Source of the DNA: Actinomycetes bacterium
GTDB taxonomy: Bacteria; Actinomycetota; Acidimicrobiia; Acidimicrobiales; JABEUL01
DNA length: 64,000 nt
Assembly: GCA_021791915.1 (NCBI GenBank)
Contig: JAJYVQ010000001.1
Span: 9,875 to 73,874 of the forward strand
Direction of reading: 5' to 3'
Shown: positions 37,023-47,189 of the stretch, piece by piece
Numbering within the stretch: the stretch's first letter is position 1
How the letters are laid out: the number at the start of each line of letters is the position of its first letter
Notes under the pieces: generated by a model
What the model saw: only the letters and a program-made list of their open reading frames with translations
What the model was told of the DNA's origin: nothing
The model's database searches: none
Program-made: the position numbers and the translations under genes

Positions 37023-38114
37023 TTAGGTAGACTCATATTTGCTCGGACTGTATGAAAGAGCAACGGGATCGCCAGTTAAGGGAATTGAATTAATAATACT
37101 TCCCGTCAACAGGGAAAAATATTTGGCTGACAATGATTGCAAGTCAATTACAAATCCATTTCCGTTAGGCAAACAGTACAAACTTGTAGGTTCCCCTGGC
37201 ATGGAGATAGGCTTCAATGGCGAAAATGCAATTAAATCTATAGGAACTATTTGATTGGAGGACCCTAGTGTAACATAAATTAATCCTTGATTGTATTCTT
37301 CACAAATAGATGTCGGCTGACCTCCAATGTTTAGGGTTGCTATTACCTTTGAAGAAATATAGCTAATTATGGATACCGTTCCCGTTGCTTGACTCAAAAC
37401 GTATCCGACACTGTCAGAATTTTGATCCGACATGATCTTCATTGGATCACTTGCCACTGCAATAGGTGCAGCAATGGGTTTAAAAGTTGATAGATTGACT
37501 GGCAACACTGCATTATCTCCTTGATCAACGATATAAGCGACATCGGATGTCTGATCGATTGCAATCGAAACTGGTGCTGGACCACCGTAGAAAGATCGTA
37601 TCACCTTTAGCCCGAGTAACTGGATAGAAGTTATGGAGTTTGAGCCACTATTTACCACATATAAAATACCTGTTGCAGAATCAATTGCAGCAGCAACTGG
37701 GGCATTTCCTACGGCAATCGTTTTATATGCCTTAACGGAAATCATTGATATAACACTTACGTTATTTGAGCCTTTGTTAATAACGTATTGCTGAAGACCA
37801 GTAGGGTCTGGTATCATTGCAACAGGGTCGTTGCCAACTTTTATTACAGTGGGAGGTGAATCGTTATTGTAATTATAAATCTCTATAGAATTCTTGGCAC
37901 TATCCACAACGGAGATATTCGGTGATTGATTAGTTTGAGTTTGTTTCGCATTATTTGTCGACGCACTCGAAGAAACGTTAGCAACATTAGGCGGAGTTGA
38001 TCTTTCAAAACTGTTTATTAAAACTTGTAAAATGATCACAGTCAACAATAAAATTATAAACTTAGTAATTGATGGACTTAATTTTCTAGTTCGCTTCAAC
38101 TGGTTAGGCGTCAA
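37023..38114 (-). CDS. membrane-anchored YVTN-family beta-propeller repeat protein
   Basis: 363 aa. Anchor FIILLLTVIILQVLI, then the linker STPPNVANVSSSASTNNAKQTQTNQSPN, then blades such as KVGNDPVAMIPDPTGLQQYVINKGSNNVSVISM and VGNAPVAAAIDSATGILYVVNSGSNSITSI. Confidence 0.75.
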   Translation of the reverse strand: MTPNQLKRTRKLSPSITKFIILLLTVIILQVLINSFERSTPPNVANVSSSASTNNAKQTQTNQSPNISVVDSAKNSIEIYNYNNDSPPTVIKVGNDPVAMIPDPTGLQQYVINKGSNNVSVISMISVKAYKTIAVGNAPVAAAIDSATGILYVVNSGSNSITSIQLLGLKVIRSFYGGPAPVSIAIDQTSDVAYIVDQGDNAVLPVNLSTFKPIAAPIAVASDPMKIMSDQNSDSVGYVLSQATGTVSIISYISSKVIATLNIGGQPTSICEEYNQGLIYVTLGSSNQIVPIDLIAFSPLKPISMPGEPTSLYCLPNGNGFVIDLQSLSAKYFSLLTGSIINSIPLTGDPVALSYSPSKYEST

Positions 38115-38149
38115 AGATCCTCCAAAGATTTTCTAGTATTCGATATCAT

Positions 38150-38181
38150 TATAACTAAAATCATGGTAATTTCTAATCATG
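38150..38181. repeat. tandem repeat, 16 bp x2 (ATCATGGTAATTTCTA)
   Basis: Units at 38150-38165 and 38166-38181, lying 36-67 bp upstream of the YVTN gene start at 38114. Confidence 0.85.
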
Positions 38182-38681
38182 GTAATTTCTAAGGTCTACC
38201 TTAATATAAAATATTCAAATAATAAGATCTAGATCATCAATAATATTGTAATATTGCACAAAAACAATTCAAAGCCTAGGCAACATTTTTAATAAACTAG
38301 ACGTTACAAAATTGACCTTTTAGATTCAAAGTTTTAATCAAAATTTTAAGTTCAGATCCAGTCTATAACTCAAAACGAATGTTACAAATATTTACCAACT
38401 TATAAAACTTCAGGTTTTTTTGAAATAATGTTTTACTTTAAAAAAAGCTTTTCGAATAAAACGCAATATTTCAAACAATTAGTTGTGCTGAAATTAAAAA
38501 TACTTAAAGTTAGGTTAGTAATTACTTAAGATACAAATTAAACTGACTGCTCAAACTACTCAAACTAGTATAGCAGACACCGAGTTTAGATGAATTTCAC
38601 CGAAAAAACCTACATTTGCCAATAAATTTAACCAAAAAGTTCCTTAAAATACCAACTTAGAAGCGTTGTCTGATCAAACCT

Positions 38682-40556
38682 TCATGCGTTACCATTCCTA
38701 ATGCCGAAGGACTCTAATCTTCTTAATAATCTATCTACCTCCTTGGTTTCATGTTCCATCGGTACTTTTACAGCTATAACTACGATGTTGTCTTTTCTCC
38801 CATCTTTACCAATGCTAACTTTAAACTTGTCAATATTATCTGGTTGTCTAGTTTCAAGTTTAAACTCTTTCGCAATCGCAGATATATCTAGATCATGAGG
38901 TGTTAAAAACAACTCGCTAAACGTATTGGCATCCATTAGTCTAGATTGGGGAAGGTGGTTAAATATTCCACCTCCGTTATTTACGAAAACAACAATCGTT
39001 AGGGTTATTTGTAATGTTTTAACTAGTTTTAAAAGGGTCAAGCTTGAAAGATCGTATAAAAATGCCAAATCGCCTACGAGACAATATACATCTTTGGGCA
39101 AGCCTTCTTCATCGTTTGAACTAGCACCAACAGCGATACCCAATCCGGTCGACAGTACGCCGTCTATACCATTTGCTCCCCTGTTGGAAAATACTTTAAC
39201 AGATTTCGGCAGAGGACCAGAAAAGTCCTCAAAATCCCTAATTGGCATCGATGAAGATAACATCAAATAGCTACAATTAGCCATGCACTGCGCCAAGACA
39301 TTTGAAACTGAAATGCTAGTTAATCCTGGTCCACTAAAGTCTGATTCAATTGTTGAATATATCAAGCGATCTAAACTCTTAAGTTGATCCAAAAACTTAT
39401 TGTCCATGTAGCTCAATTCTAAACTTTTAATCAATAATTTCAAAAACTTATTGACCCCTAAATTAACTGTGACATCTGCAATTCTTTGAGGATCCTGAAA
39501 TTTAAAATCCTCATCCAAAAAAATAAACTTCGTGCCTTGTTTTTTCAATTCATATAGCCAAGTCGTTAATAACTTAGAAGTCGGAACCGACCCACTTACA
39601 ATTACCAAGCTAGGACAAGGTCTCAATTTGTTAGTTTTAAGTATTAAATTAAAATAAGAAATTACGTTCGGATGATCAATCTTTATGCCCGATCGACTTT
39701 CGGCAAATATTGGCCAATTGAGCTTTTCGGCAACATCTAATAACAACTTGGGATCTACCATACTTGGTGGACCCATTGCAACTAATAAACCAGATCCGAA
39801 CTCCGTGTCAACTACCGTATCTTTTATTAGCTCTATAATATGGTTGAAGCTTTTATCTGTCGAAGATTCTCTGTCTAAATCTTTTGTAGAATCAAATTTG
39901 TTACCTTTTAATGTGTTCCAGTTATAACAGTTAGATTTCATCGCTTTTTCTGATTCAATTAGATCATATTTATGTTTTAAAGAATCTTCATCTATTAACG
40001 GTTCTCTAAATTGAACGTTAAGATGTACTGGACCTTTAGAATTTGGTCTAGTAGCTACGCCTATCAGCCTTATTGCGAGGTCTTCCCACATGTACTTGTC
40101 ATATTGAGATGGCGGTGGCATATTAAATTCATACTTAACCGAATTGCCATATATCCCAACTTGATTTATAGTTTGAGGTGAACCAACGTCATATTGGTCA
40201 TAAGGACGATCTGCGGTTATCACTATCAACGGAACACACGACAGTTCAGCTTCTACGATTCCGGGGTGCAACTCAATTGCAGCTGTGCCACTACTTGTGA
40301 CGATAGCAACTGGTCTTTCGGTCACAAGTGAAATACCCAAAGCACAGAACGCCGATGATCTTTCATCTAATCTTATTACATGTTGAATCTTTGGGTGCTT
40401 ATAAAATGCCAATGACAAAGGAGTAGAACGAGACCCTGGTGATAAGACTACGTGTCTCAAACCGTGTTTATAAAATTTATCTACTAAAGTATGGCAAAAC
40501 TCGTCTTGGAAATTCATCTTATAGTGTGTGTCTAAGTAGCTATCGCAATAAACCAT
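38682..40556 (-). CDS. menD: 2-succinyl-5-enolpyruvyl-6-hydroxy-3-cyclohexene-1-carboxylate synthase
   Basis: 624 aa ThDP enzyme. SPGSRSTPL block, the ThDP-binding region GDLAFLYD..NNGGGIF, and men-cluster context. The true start may be the internal Met at 40517 (MNFQDEF). Confidence 0.85.
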   Translation of the reverse strand: MVYCDSYLDTHYKMNFQDEFCHTLVDKFYKHGLRHVVLSPGSRSTPLSLAFYKHPKIQHVIRLDERSSAFCALGISLVTERPVAIVTSSGTAAIELHPGIVEAELSCVPLIVITADRPYDQYDVGSPQTINQVGIYGNSVKYEFNMPPPSQYDKYMWEDLAIRLIGVATRPNSKGPVHLNVQFREPLIDEDSLKHKYDLIESEKAMKSNCYNWNTLKGNKFDSTKDLDRESSTDKSFNHIIELIKDTVVDTEFGSGLLVAMGPPSMVDPKLLLDVAEKLNWPIFAESRSGIKIDHPNVISYFNLILKTNKLRPCPSLVIVSGSVPTSKLLTTWLYELKKQGTKFIFLDEDFKFQDPQRIADVTVNLGVNKFLKLLIKSLELSYMDNKFLDQLKSLDRLIYSTIESDFSGPGLTSISVSNVLAQCMANCSYLMLSSSMPIRDFEDFSGPLPKSVKVFSNRGANGIDGVLSTGLGIAVGASSNDEEGLPKDVYCLVGDLAFLYDLSSLTLLKLVKTLQITLTIVVFVNNGGGIFNHLPQSRLMDANTFSELFLTPHDLDISAIAKEFKLETRQPDNIDKFKVSIGKDGRKDNIVVIAVKVPMEHETKEVDRLLRRLESFGIRNGNA

Positions 40557-40671
40557 GATTACAAAAGCTATTAAGATATTAACAATATTTTTAGTAATAA
40601 ATATTCCTTTTAACTTCCATAATAATTAACTTGGAGATCTTATACTAATTGGATCCAATTCACTGCTTTCT

Positions 40672-41433
40672 ATGACTCAAAATGTAATTTTATTCCACGG
40701 ATTTACCCAAACCAGACACTCTTGGGGCAATTTTCTATATCATCTGGAAGAATTGAATATTCAAACTAAAGCTAAACCATTTCGATTTATAACATTTGAC
40801 CTCCCCGGACACGGTAACTCTAAAGGTTTTAACATTAACTACGATACGATTTATTCTCAAATAGATAAATATCTTCCTGCACATTTTCTCGGATACTCAC
40901 TTGGGGGAAGAATCGTTGCAAAATTGGTAGCAGATCATTTTAACGATGTAAGTTCACTTACTTTAATATCTACTAGTTTAGGAATAGTAGATGAAGATGA
41001 ACGAACGCTCCGGCGTAGTGAAGATGAACAGCTTGCAGAAACTCTTAGGAAAATAAATTTTAAACAGTTTCACAATTTTATTGATGATTGGGTCAAACAA
41101 CCTATATTTGGTAACTTTAAGCCATCACAAGAAGATTTAAATGCCAGATATACCTCTAACCCAAAAAAGTTAGCTGAATCACTTCTAACATTTGGTCAGG
41201 GAAATTTTATACCTCTCTGGAACAAGCTTGAAATTATTAAATCAGCTGGAATTAAAGTTTTGCTTATAGCAGGATACGATGATCCTAAATATCTACAATA
41301 TTTAGAACTTATGTCAAATGAATTTGGGTCATCGGCTCAGCAATTTATAGTAAATAATGCATCCCACGCACCACATCTTGAATATCCGATACAAACCGCA
41401 GAAGTAGTTTTTAACTTTTTAACCAATATCTAA
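40672..41433 (+). CDS. menH: alpha/beta hydrolase, probable 2-succinyl-6-hydroxy-2,4-cyclohexadiene-1-carboxylate synthase
   Basis: 253 aa. ILFHGF, the nucleophile elbow GYSLGG and a late SHAPH. The gene sits between menD and menA. Confidence 0.6.
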   Translation: MTQNVILFHGFTQTRHSWGNFLYHLEELNIQTKAKPFRFITFDLPGHGNSKGFNINYDTIYSQIDKYLPAHFLGYSLGGRIVAKLVADHFNDVSSLTLISTSLGIVDEDERTLRRSEDEQLAETLRKINFKQFHNFIDDWVKQPIFGNFKPSQEDLNARYTSNPKKLAESLLTFGQGNFIPLWNKLEIIKSAGIKVLLIAGYDDPKYLQYLELMSNEFGSSAQQFIVNNASHAPHLEYPIQTAEVVFNFLTNI

Positions 41434-42347
41434 TTGATAAATAATCCTACAGCCAGCAATACTGAAAAGATCAGTTCCAATAGAGCAGTATTTTTTAAAA
41501 CAGGAATTAACGCACTCCCCTTTGCCTGCTTTAAGACCGCAATAGCGGATTTTAAAAATAGTATTAAAGACGCTAATGCGATTATTGCCAAATAGTGTTT
41601 TGTCATGTATGCAATTGCAATGCTCAACAAGATTCCAATTAGAGATACAACGACAAATAAAACCCTTGTAGCTTTTTCTCCAATTAACACTGCAAGCGTA
41701 TTTTTGTGAGAAGCTGAATCGCCGTCAATATCGCGAAGATTGTTCGCCACAAGAATAGAGCAAGCCAGTAGCCCAACTGATATTCCTCCAATAAAAGAAA
41801 GAAAATCAACTTTTAAAGTCTGGCTGTAGTAGCTTCCTACTGTTGCTACTAACCCAAAAAATACCAACACACTCAGTTCCCCTAAAGCCATATATCCATA
41901 AGGCTTTGGCCCTCCACTATAACCCCAAGCAGCCAATAAACTCACCAACCCAACTACTATGAGCCAAAGCGAAGTTATCACTGCTAGAATTAACCCAGCT
42001 ACGGCTGCTACTAATCCGCAAGCAAAAGCTGCATATTTAACATACTTAGGATCAACTAAACCAGATCCCACTAATCTTAATGGTCCTACTCTGTTTTTGT
42101 CGGCCCCTCTAATTCCATCAGAATAATCATTGGCATAATTTACTCCAACTTGTAAGGATAGTGCCACAGCGACACACAACAAAAACTTAACTATTGAGAC
42201 GTTGTCAAAATGTCCGTATTCTCCCAATGCCGTTCCAACTAGTACAGGCGAAATTGCCGCTGGCAGTGTTTTAGGACGTGCGCCTAGATAAAAAAGCTTA
42301 AAATAACTGGCTTTGTGTGAATTAATTTCATCTTCGGAATTATTCAC
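41430..42347 (-). CDS. menA: 1,4-dihydroxy-2-naphthoate polyprenyltransferase
   Basis: 305 aa UbiA-family protein. [11 protein letters not shown] and NNLRDIDGD motifs are present. Confidence 0.88.
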   Translation of the reverse strand: MNNSEDEINSHKASYFKLFYLGARPKTLPAAISPVLVGTALGEYGHFDNVSIVKFLLCVAVALSLQVGVNYANDYSDGIRGADKNRVGPLRLVGSGLVDPKYVKYAAFACGLVAAVAGLILAVITSLWLIVVGLVSLLAAWGYSGGPKPYGYMALGELSVLVFFGLVATVGSYYSQTLKVDFLSFIGGISVGLLACSILVANNLRDIDGDSASHKNTLAVLIGEKATRVLFVVVSLIGILLSIAIAYMTKHYLAIIALASLILFLKSAIAVLKQAKGSALIPVLKNTALLELIFSVLLAVGLFIN

Positions 42348-43192
42348 GGGCGTTTTGGATATTTAGAAAAATCCGGTTTGCGCTTTTCAACGTAAGCATT
42401 GTGGCCTTCCTGACCCTCTTCGCTCATATAGAAAAGCATAGTAGCATCGCCAGCCAACTGCTGTATTCCAGCCAATCCATCGTCTGCAGCGTTAAAACCA
42501 GCTTTTAACATTCGAAGCGCAATGGGAGATAGCTGAAGTATCTCTCTGGCCCACTTTACGGTCTCTTCTTCCAAGTTATCTACATTCACAACGGCATTCA
42601 CTAAACCCCAATTTAGAGCCTGAGCTGCATCATACTGCCTACATAAAAACCAGATCTCCTTAGCCCTTTTTAACCCTATCGTCCTCGCCAAAAGCGAAGC
42701 TCCATACCCTCCATCAAAACTTCCCACCCTAGGACCAGTCTGCCCAAATCTTGCATTGTCACCTGCAATAGTGAGATCGCACACCAGATGCAAAACATGT
42801 CCGCCACCTATGGCAAATCCAGCAACCATTGCAATTACCGGTTTGGGTAGCCGCCTTATTTGGATCTGAAGATCTAAAACGTTAAGTCTCCCCACGCCTT
42901 GGCTACCCACGGTGTCAGAGCCAACGTAACCGTCTTGACCCCTAACTCTTTGATCTCCACCAGAACAAAAAGCCAGTTTTCCTTCCCCTGTGAAAATTAT
43001 CACACCGACGTTTAAGTCATCTCTTGCCAGGTCAAATGCTGTTTTTAATTCCGCTAACGTCTCTGGCCTAAATGCGTTACGCACTTCCGGCCTGTTTATG
43101 GTAATTTTAGCTATGCCAGATGACACTTCATATTTGATATCAGTAAAATCCGCAGCTTTTTTCCACTCAATATTGTTCGCATTTGAATCCAT
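42344..43192 (-). CDS. menB: 1,4-dihydroxy-2-naphthoyl-CoA synthase
   Basis: 282 aa crotonase-fold protein. [19 protein letters not shown] and GGGHVLH blocks are present. Confidence 0.92.
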   Translation of the reverse strand: MDSNANNIEWKKAADFTDIKYEVSSGIAKITINRPEVRNAFRPETLAELKTAFDLARDDLNVGVIIFTGEGKLAFCSGGDQRVRGQDGYVGSDTVGSQGVGRLNVLDLQIQIRRLPKPVIAMVAGFAIGGGHVLHLVCDLTIAGDNARFGQTGPRVGSFDGGYGASLLARTIGLKRAKEIWFLCRQYDAAQALNWGLVNAVVNVDNLEEETVKWAREILQLSPIALRMLKAGFNAADDGLAGIQQLAGDATMLFYMSEEGQEGHNAYVEKRKPDFSKYPKRP

Positions 43193-43470
43193 TATTATAA
43201 GTCCTTAAAGTATTAGATATTTGTATTAATTTGCAATATGTTGCTAAAAACATCTGCAGCTATAATCAAATAAATATTTTTTGCCATACAAAAATAAATT
43301 TGAATAAAATTTATATACAGTTTAATGACAATTTACAGCAAGCAAAAACATCAAGTTAACTGCTTTAAGATCATTGCGAGTTTTACGCTTAGAATAAATC
43401 TATTTAGTGAAATATTACAGGCATTAAAGATATTGGATTAAGTTGTTAAATGTTTTTAAGTTTCACTTAG

Positions 43471-44481
43471 CTATCTAAATCCCATCTCACAGTGAGCTCT
43501 ATTTGAGATGATCCAACGTTTTTCCTCAACCCACTTGTTTGAAACCTTTTTTTCCAAGAAAACTTCCGCATCTCCAATTTCAGTATTTACGCAAACTGCT
43601 TTTTTGCCATCTGGATCTGTATACTCAACTTCAACACATTTTTCTTTATCTAATTTAACTTTAACTTCAATCCTGTAGTCTCCAAACTTTCCGCTTACAG
43701 ACCAATAGTTGTTATCCTGTTTTTTAGATAGTTTCGTCTTAAAAAAAGGAAATGCAGTTAGTGGATTTGAAGGCCAGTCTTCGTTGTTGTACCTTAGCTG
43801 TACAAAAGCAAACGGCTTAAGACGATCAAGCCCTGGCTTAGTCGATACCGCAGTAACAATCTCTAGCATGTCTTTTCCACCAAGATCAAGGTGAAGCCAC
43901 GCCCATTTTTTGGCATTGCCGTGCCCATAGATTCTAGCCAATGCTCCTTTGGCATTAGAAATCTCGAACTCCTTGTTCATTACTGTGATTGTTCCGTTAT
44001 AGGTTAAGTTTGGTCCAGCAACTATTTGACAACTGGGCAATATCTCCTTATCCCACGCCAACTTCGTAAAAGTATAAATAGGCGGGTCCGTAAACTCATC
44101 AGTCTTAAGATCCCAACTTAAGTTATCTGTCTTACCTCGTCGTATATTCGGTGCCACTTTAACTTCGCCGCACTCAAAAAACTCAGAAGATTCAAATTCC
44201 ACTGGCCCAAATCTTTCAAAACCAACCGATATTGTATTTTCGTCATCAGTGAATATCTCAGAGTTAAAAAAATATGCCAACCATCCGTGTACATATGGCT
44301 TTGCATCTTCTGGTGATACCATTTCATGGTGTATCCAAAAGCCTGCTTTGAGTTTTTCATCAGTGAATGTGTCGTACCAAACTTCAAGTCGTTCTTTGGA
44401 ACCATCAAAACGTCCCTTAAGAAGTTCAATTTGAGTGGGTATTTTTTGATCTAAAGTGGATTTCTTCTTCATACTCTTCAT
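43471..44481 (-). CDS. hypothetical protein; weak resemblance to the tocopherol-cyclase-like fold family
   Basis: 336 aa, soluble. LEVWYDTF..GFWIHHEMVSP and IYGHGNAKKWAWLHLDL recall the cyclase blocks FFEGWYxR..FAFMYS and EKNWGxxFPxxWxWxQ. This rests on memory of the motifs only. Confidence 0.25.
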   Translation of the reverse strand: MKSMKKKSTLDQKIPTQIELLKGRFDGSKERLEVWYDTFTDEKLKAGFWIHHEMVSPEDAKPYVHGWLAYFFNSEIFTDDENTISVGFERFGPVEFESSEFFECGEVKVAPNIRRGKTDNLSWDLKTDEFTDPPIYTFTKLAWDKEILPSCQIVAGPNLTYNGTITVMNKEFEISNAKGALARIYGHGNAKKWAWLHLDLGGKDMLEIVTAVSTKPGLDRLKPFAFVQLRYNNEDWPSNPLTAFPFFKTKLSKKQDNNYWSVSGKFGDYRIEVKVKLDKEKCVEVEYTDPDGKKAVCVNTEIGDAEVFLEKKVSNKWVEEKRWIISNRAHCEMGFR

Positions 44482-44664
44482 TCATAACAAAGTAGTAAAA
44501 TAAACATTTAAAGTCAAATTTAGGTTCAAAACTAAAATCTTTGATAGAACTCATTTATATTAAACTCGTTTTTATATATATTCCAATACAAGCGTTATTT
44601 TAAAGTTGTAAAGTAATAGCTTAATTAGAAAAAGCACAACTTAAAACAAGTCAGACAAACATGC

Positions 44665-45564
44665 TTATTTTAAAGCGATTCTTTCAGATTCCACGTTAAT
44701 CTCAGCTCCTATAAATAAAAAATATGAGGTTATATACAACCAAAGCAACAATACAACCACACTTCCAAATAAGCCATAACTCCGAGTTGTGTTGGAAAAG
44801 TGATCGAGATAAAATGAAAAACCAAACAACGATAGTCCCCATGCGACAATTGCAGATATAGCGCCGTAGGAAAATACCGTTTTAATCCTAAAAAACTCTT
44901 TTAAATTTGTTTTTTGATTTGAGCCAAAACAGTAATAGACTGAAAGCAATATCAAACCTAAGCAAATTGAAATTAGTATCCGTGCAATATTTAGTACTAG
45001 CGAGATTAGACCGAATCTTAAAATACCTGAATTGCCGGATATCCCCCTAATTAAAAATGTACCTCCAATTAAATCAGTAAATATTACCAACAAAACAATA
45101 ACCGATATAAATACCAACGGCAAAGAAGAAAGACGCCTTTTAATAAATCCGCGGTCATGCGGGATACCGTAAGCCAAATCAAGTCCAACCTGTAATGATG
45201 CAACAGCACCAGTTAGACTCCATAAAGCGACTATTAGTCCAAAAATCAACTCCAGCGTGCTCGTAGTCGTAGCCTCTCTAGACTTAATAGAATCAGTGAC
45301 GATACTTGCAGCCTGTGAGGGAACTATCAACGTCACATAGTGGATCAGTTTACCCGTTTGACTCGTATTTAAACCTATCAAATGCAACAGTCCAACCAGT
45401 CCGATAATAGCAGGCAACAGTGCCAAGATTCCGTGGAATGAAAGAGAAGCAGCACTAACAGTGATGCGATTTTTAGAAGAATTAGCAATAATTTTTTTTA
45501 CAAAATTATATGTTGCTGACCAAGTCTTTGATAAATATTTGATTTTGAAATTCATCACTGTCAA
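44665..45564 (-). CDS. YihY/BrkB family membrane protein
   Basis: 299 aa with 6 helices. The VSAASLSFHGILALLPAII opening is typical of the YihY family. Confidence 0.7.
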   Translation of the reverse strand: MTVMNFKIKYLSKTWSATYNFVKKIIANSSKNRITVSAASLSFHGILALLPAIIGLVGLLHLIGLNTSQTGKLIHYVTLIVPSQAASIVTDSIKSREATTTSTLELIFGLIVALWSLTGAVASLQVGLDLAYGIPHDRGFIKRRLSSLPLVFISVIVLLVIFTDLIGGTFLIRGISGNSGILRFGLISLVLNIARILISICLGLILLSVYYCFGSNQKTNLKEFFRIKTVFSYGAISAIVAWGLSLFGFSFYLDHFSNTTRSYGLFGSVVVLLLWLYITSYFLFIGAEINVESERIALK

Positions 45565-46098
45565 ATCAGCAAAAACATAATAAACTAACCTGTATTTTTA
45601 TAATCAACGACTCTTAATCTACTGACTAGTTTTCAGCAAAATTAAAGAACTCTAAAATTAAACGACCAATGTTATTTTTAAGTTCTATTCCAATCTAATC
45701 TTACTGCTATGAAATCTTTCGAAACCATCGTTTTAATAATAATAAGTGAACTGTATAACCTTATCGGATTAGACTTGCCATAAATTTTTTTTAAAGACTA
45801 CAAATAAACTTATAGCATTTAGTTAATGGAAGAAATTCTTAACAAAACCCAATATTATTTGTTAAATAACAACTACAACGTACGGTCATGTCACAGCTGG
45901 CTTATTTGAATCACATTTTAAATATTAACTTCACTTAAGCCATTGGACAAATTCGATCGCAAAACTAACGAACCAAACGATTTCAAATTAAAGCTTTAGC
46001 TGGTTGAATACATGCTACGCAAAAATTAAAAGTTACATATAGTTACTTTTCAGATTCAAGCAATTAGTTAATATCTTTTGATGCTAGATGTAATTGGT

Positions 46099-47070
46099 CT
46101 ATCTGTTTACTGTACTCATGTCGACATATCGATCCCCATGTGGCTGACCTATGTTTTCGGTAAGCCACTTTAGATCTTCGTCTTTCAACTTCAATTCTGC
46201 CGCACCTAAATTTTCTTCAAGATATTTAACTTTTTTGGTGCCAAAAATCGGTACGATATTATCATTTCGAGCTAAAACCCAAGCTAGCGCAACCTGTCCA
46301 GGTGTAGCATCGTACTTTATGGCAATTTCGGATACCTTGGCAACTAAATCTAGATTCTTCTCAAAGTTTTCTGGGCTGAACCGAGGAAATCTAGTTGACC
46401 TACTATCTAATTGACCAAAATCAGATGGATTTGAATACTTTCCAGTCAGAATTCCCCTTCCCAATGGTGAATATGCCACCAGCCCAATGTCGAGCTCCTT
46501 AAGGGTTGGAATAACCTCATCTTCCAAATCCCGACTAAATAATGAATACTCAGATTGTACAGCATTAATTCTATGAACTTTATTTGCCCTTTTGATAGTT
46601 GTTGCAGAGGCTTCAGATAATCCCAAGTACTTTACTTTTCCTGCATTAACCAATTCTGACATTGCCCCAACGGTATCTTCAATCGGAACCTCCAAGTCAA
46701 CCCGATGCTGATAATATAAGTCGATATAATCAACACCTAGTCGTGTCAGAGAAGCTTCACAAGCAGACTTAACATATTCGGGTCTGCCATTTATTCCGAG
46801 AAAAGCTCCACTTTCATCTCTCTGATTTCCGAATTTAGTAGCCAAAACAACCTCGTCTCTTCTGGCTTTAATCGCCTTACCTACTAACATCTCATTTAAG
46901 AAAGGGCCGTACATATCTGCAGTATCTAAAAAATTGCATCCCAAATCCAATGCTCTGTGAATAGTGGCAATTGACTCTTCGTCGTTTCTTTCCCCATAAA
47001 ACTCCGACATTCCCATGCAACCAAGCCCAAGAATCGACACTTCAAGTTCACCTAATTTTCGCTTTTTCAT
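46099..47070 (-). CDS. aldo/keto reductase
   Basis: [21 protein letters not shown] and YYQHRVD blocks are present. The start is taken at the internal Met ([11 protein letters not shown], 47070) rather than at 47109. Confidence 0.85.
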   Translation of the reverse strand: MKKRKLGELEVSILGLGCMGMSEFYGERNDEESIATIHRALDLGCNFLDTADMYGPFLNEMLVGKAIKARRDEVVLATKFGNQRDESGAFLGINGRPEYVKSACEASLTRLGVDYIDLYYQHRVDLEVPIEDTVGAMSELVNAGKVKYLGLSEASATTIKRANKVHRINAVQSEYSLFSRDLEDEVIPTLKELDIGLVAYSPLGRGILTGKYSNPSDFGQLDSRSTRFPRFSPENFEKNLDLVAKVSEIAIKYDATPGQVALAWVLARNDNIVPIFGTKKVKYLEENLGAAELKLKDEDLKWLTENIGQPHGDRYVDMSTVNR

Positions 47071-47189
47071 AAAATTAAGTCTATTAGGTAAATCAGAACA
47101 TATGCCCATTTAATTTGGCAGTTGTGGAAACTAGCCACCTCATGAGATGGCCCAAAAGTCCGAATCTATATTATGGCTAAAATAAAATT

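Noticed and set aside
44118-44429. 103 aa ORF on the minus strand in an alternative frame
   Set aside because: It is nested in another frame of the 336 aa gene 43471..44481. The longer frame is preferred, and there is no independent support.
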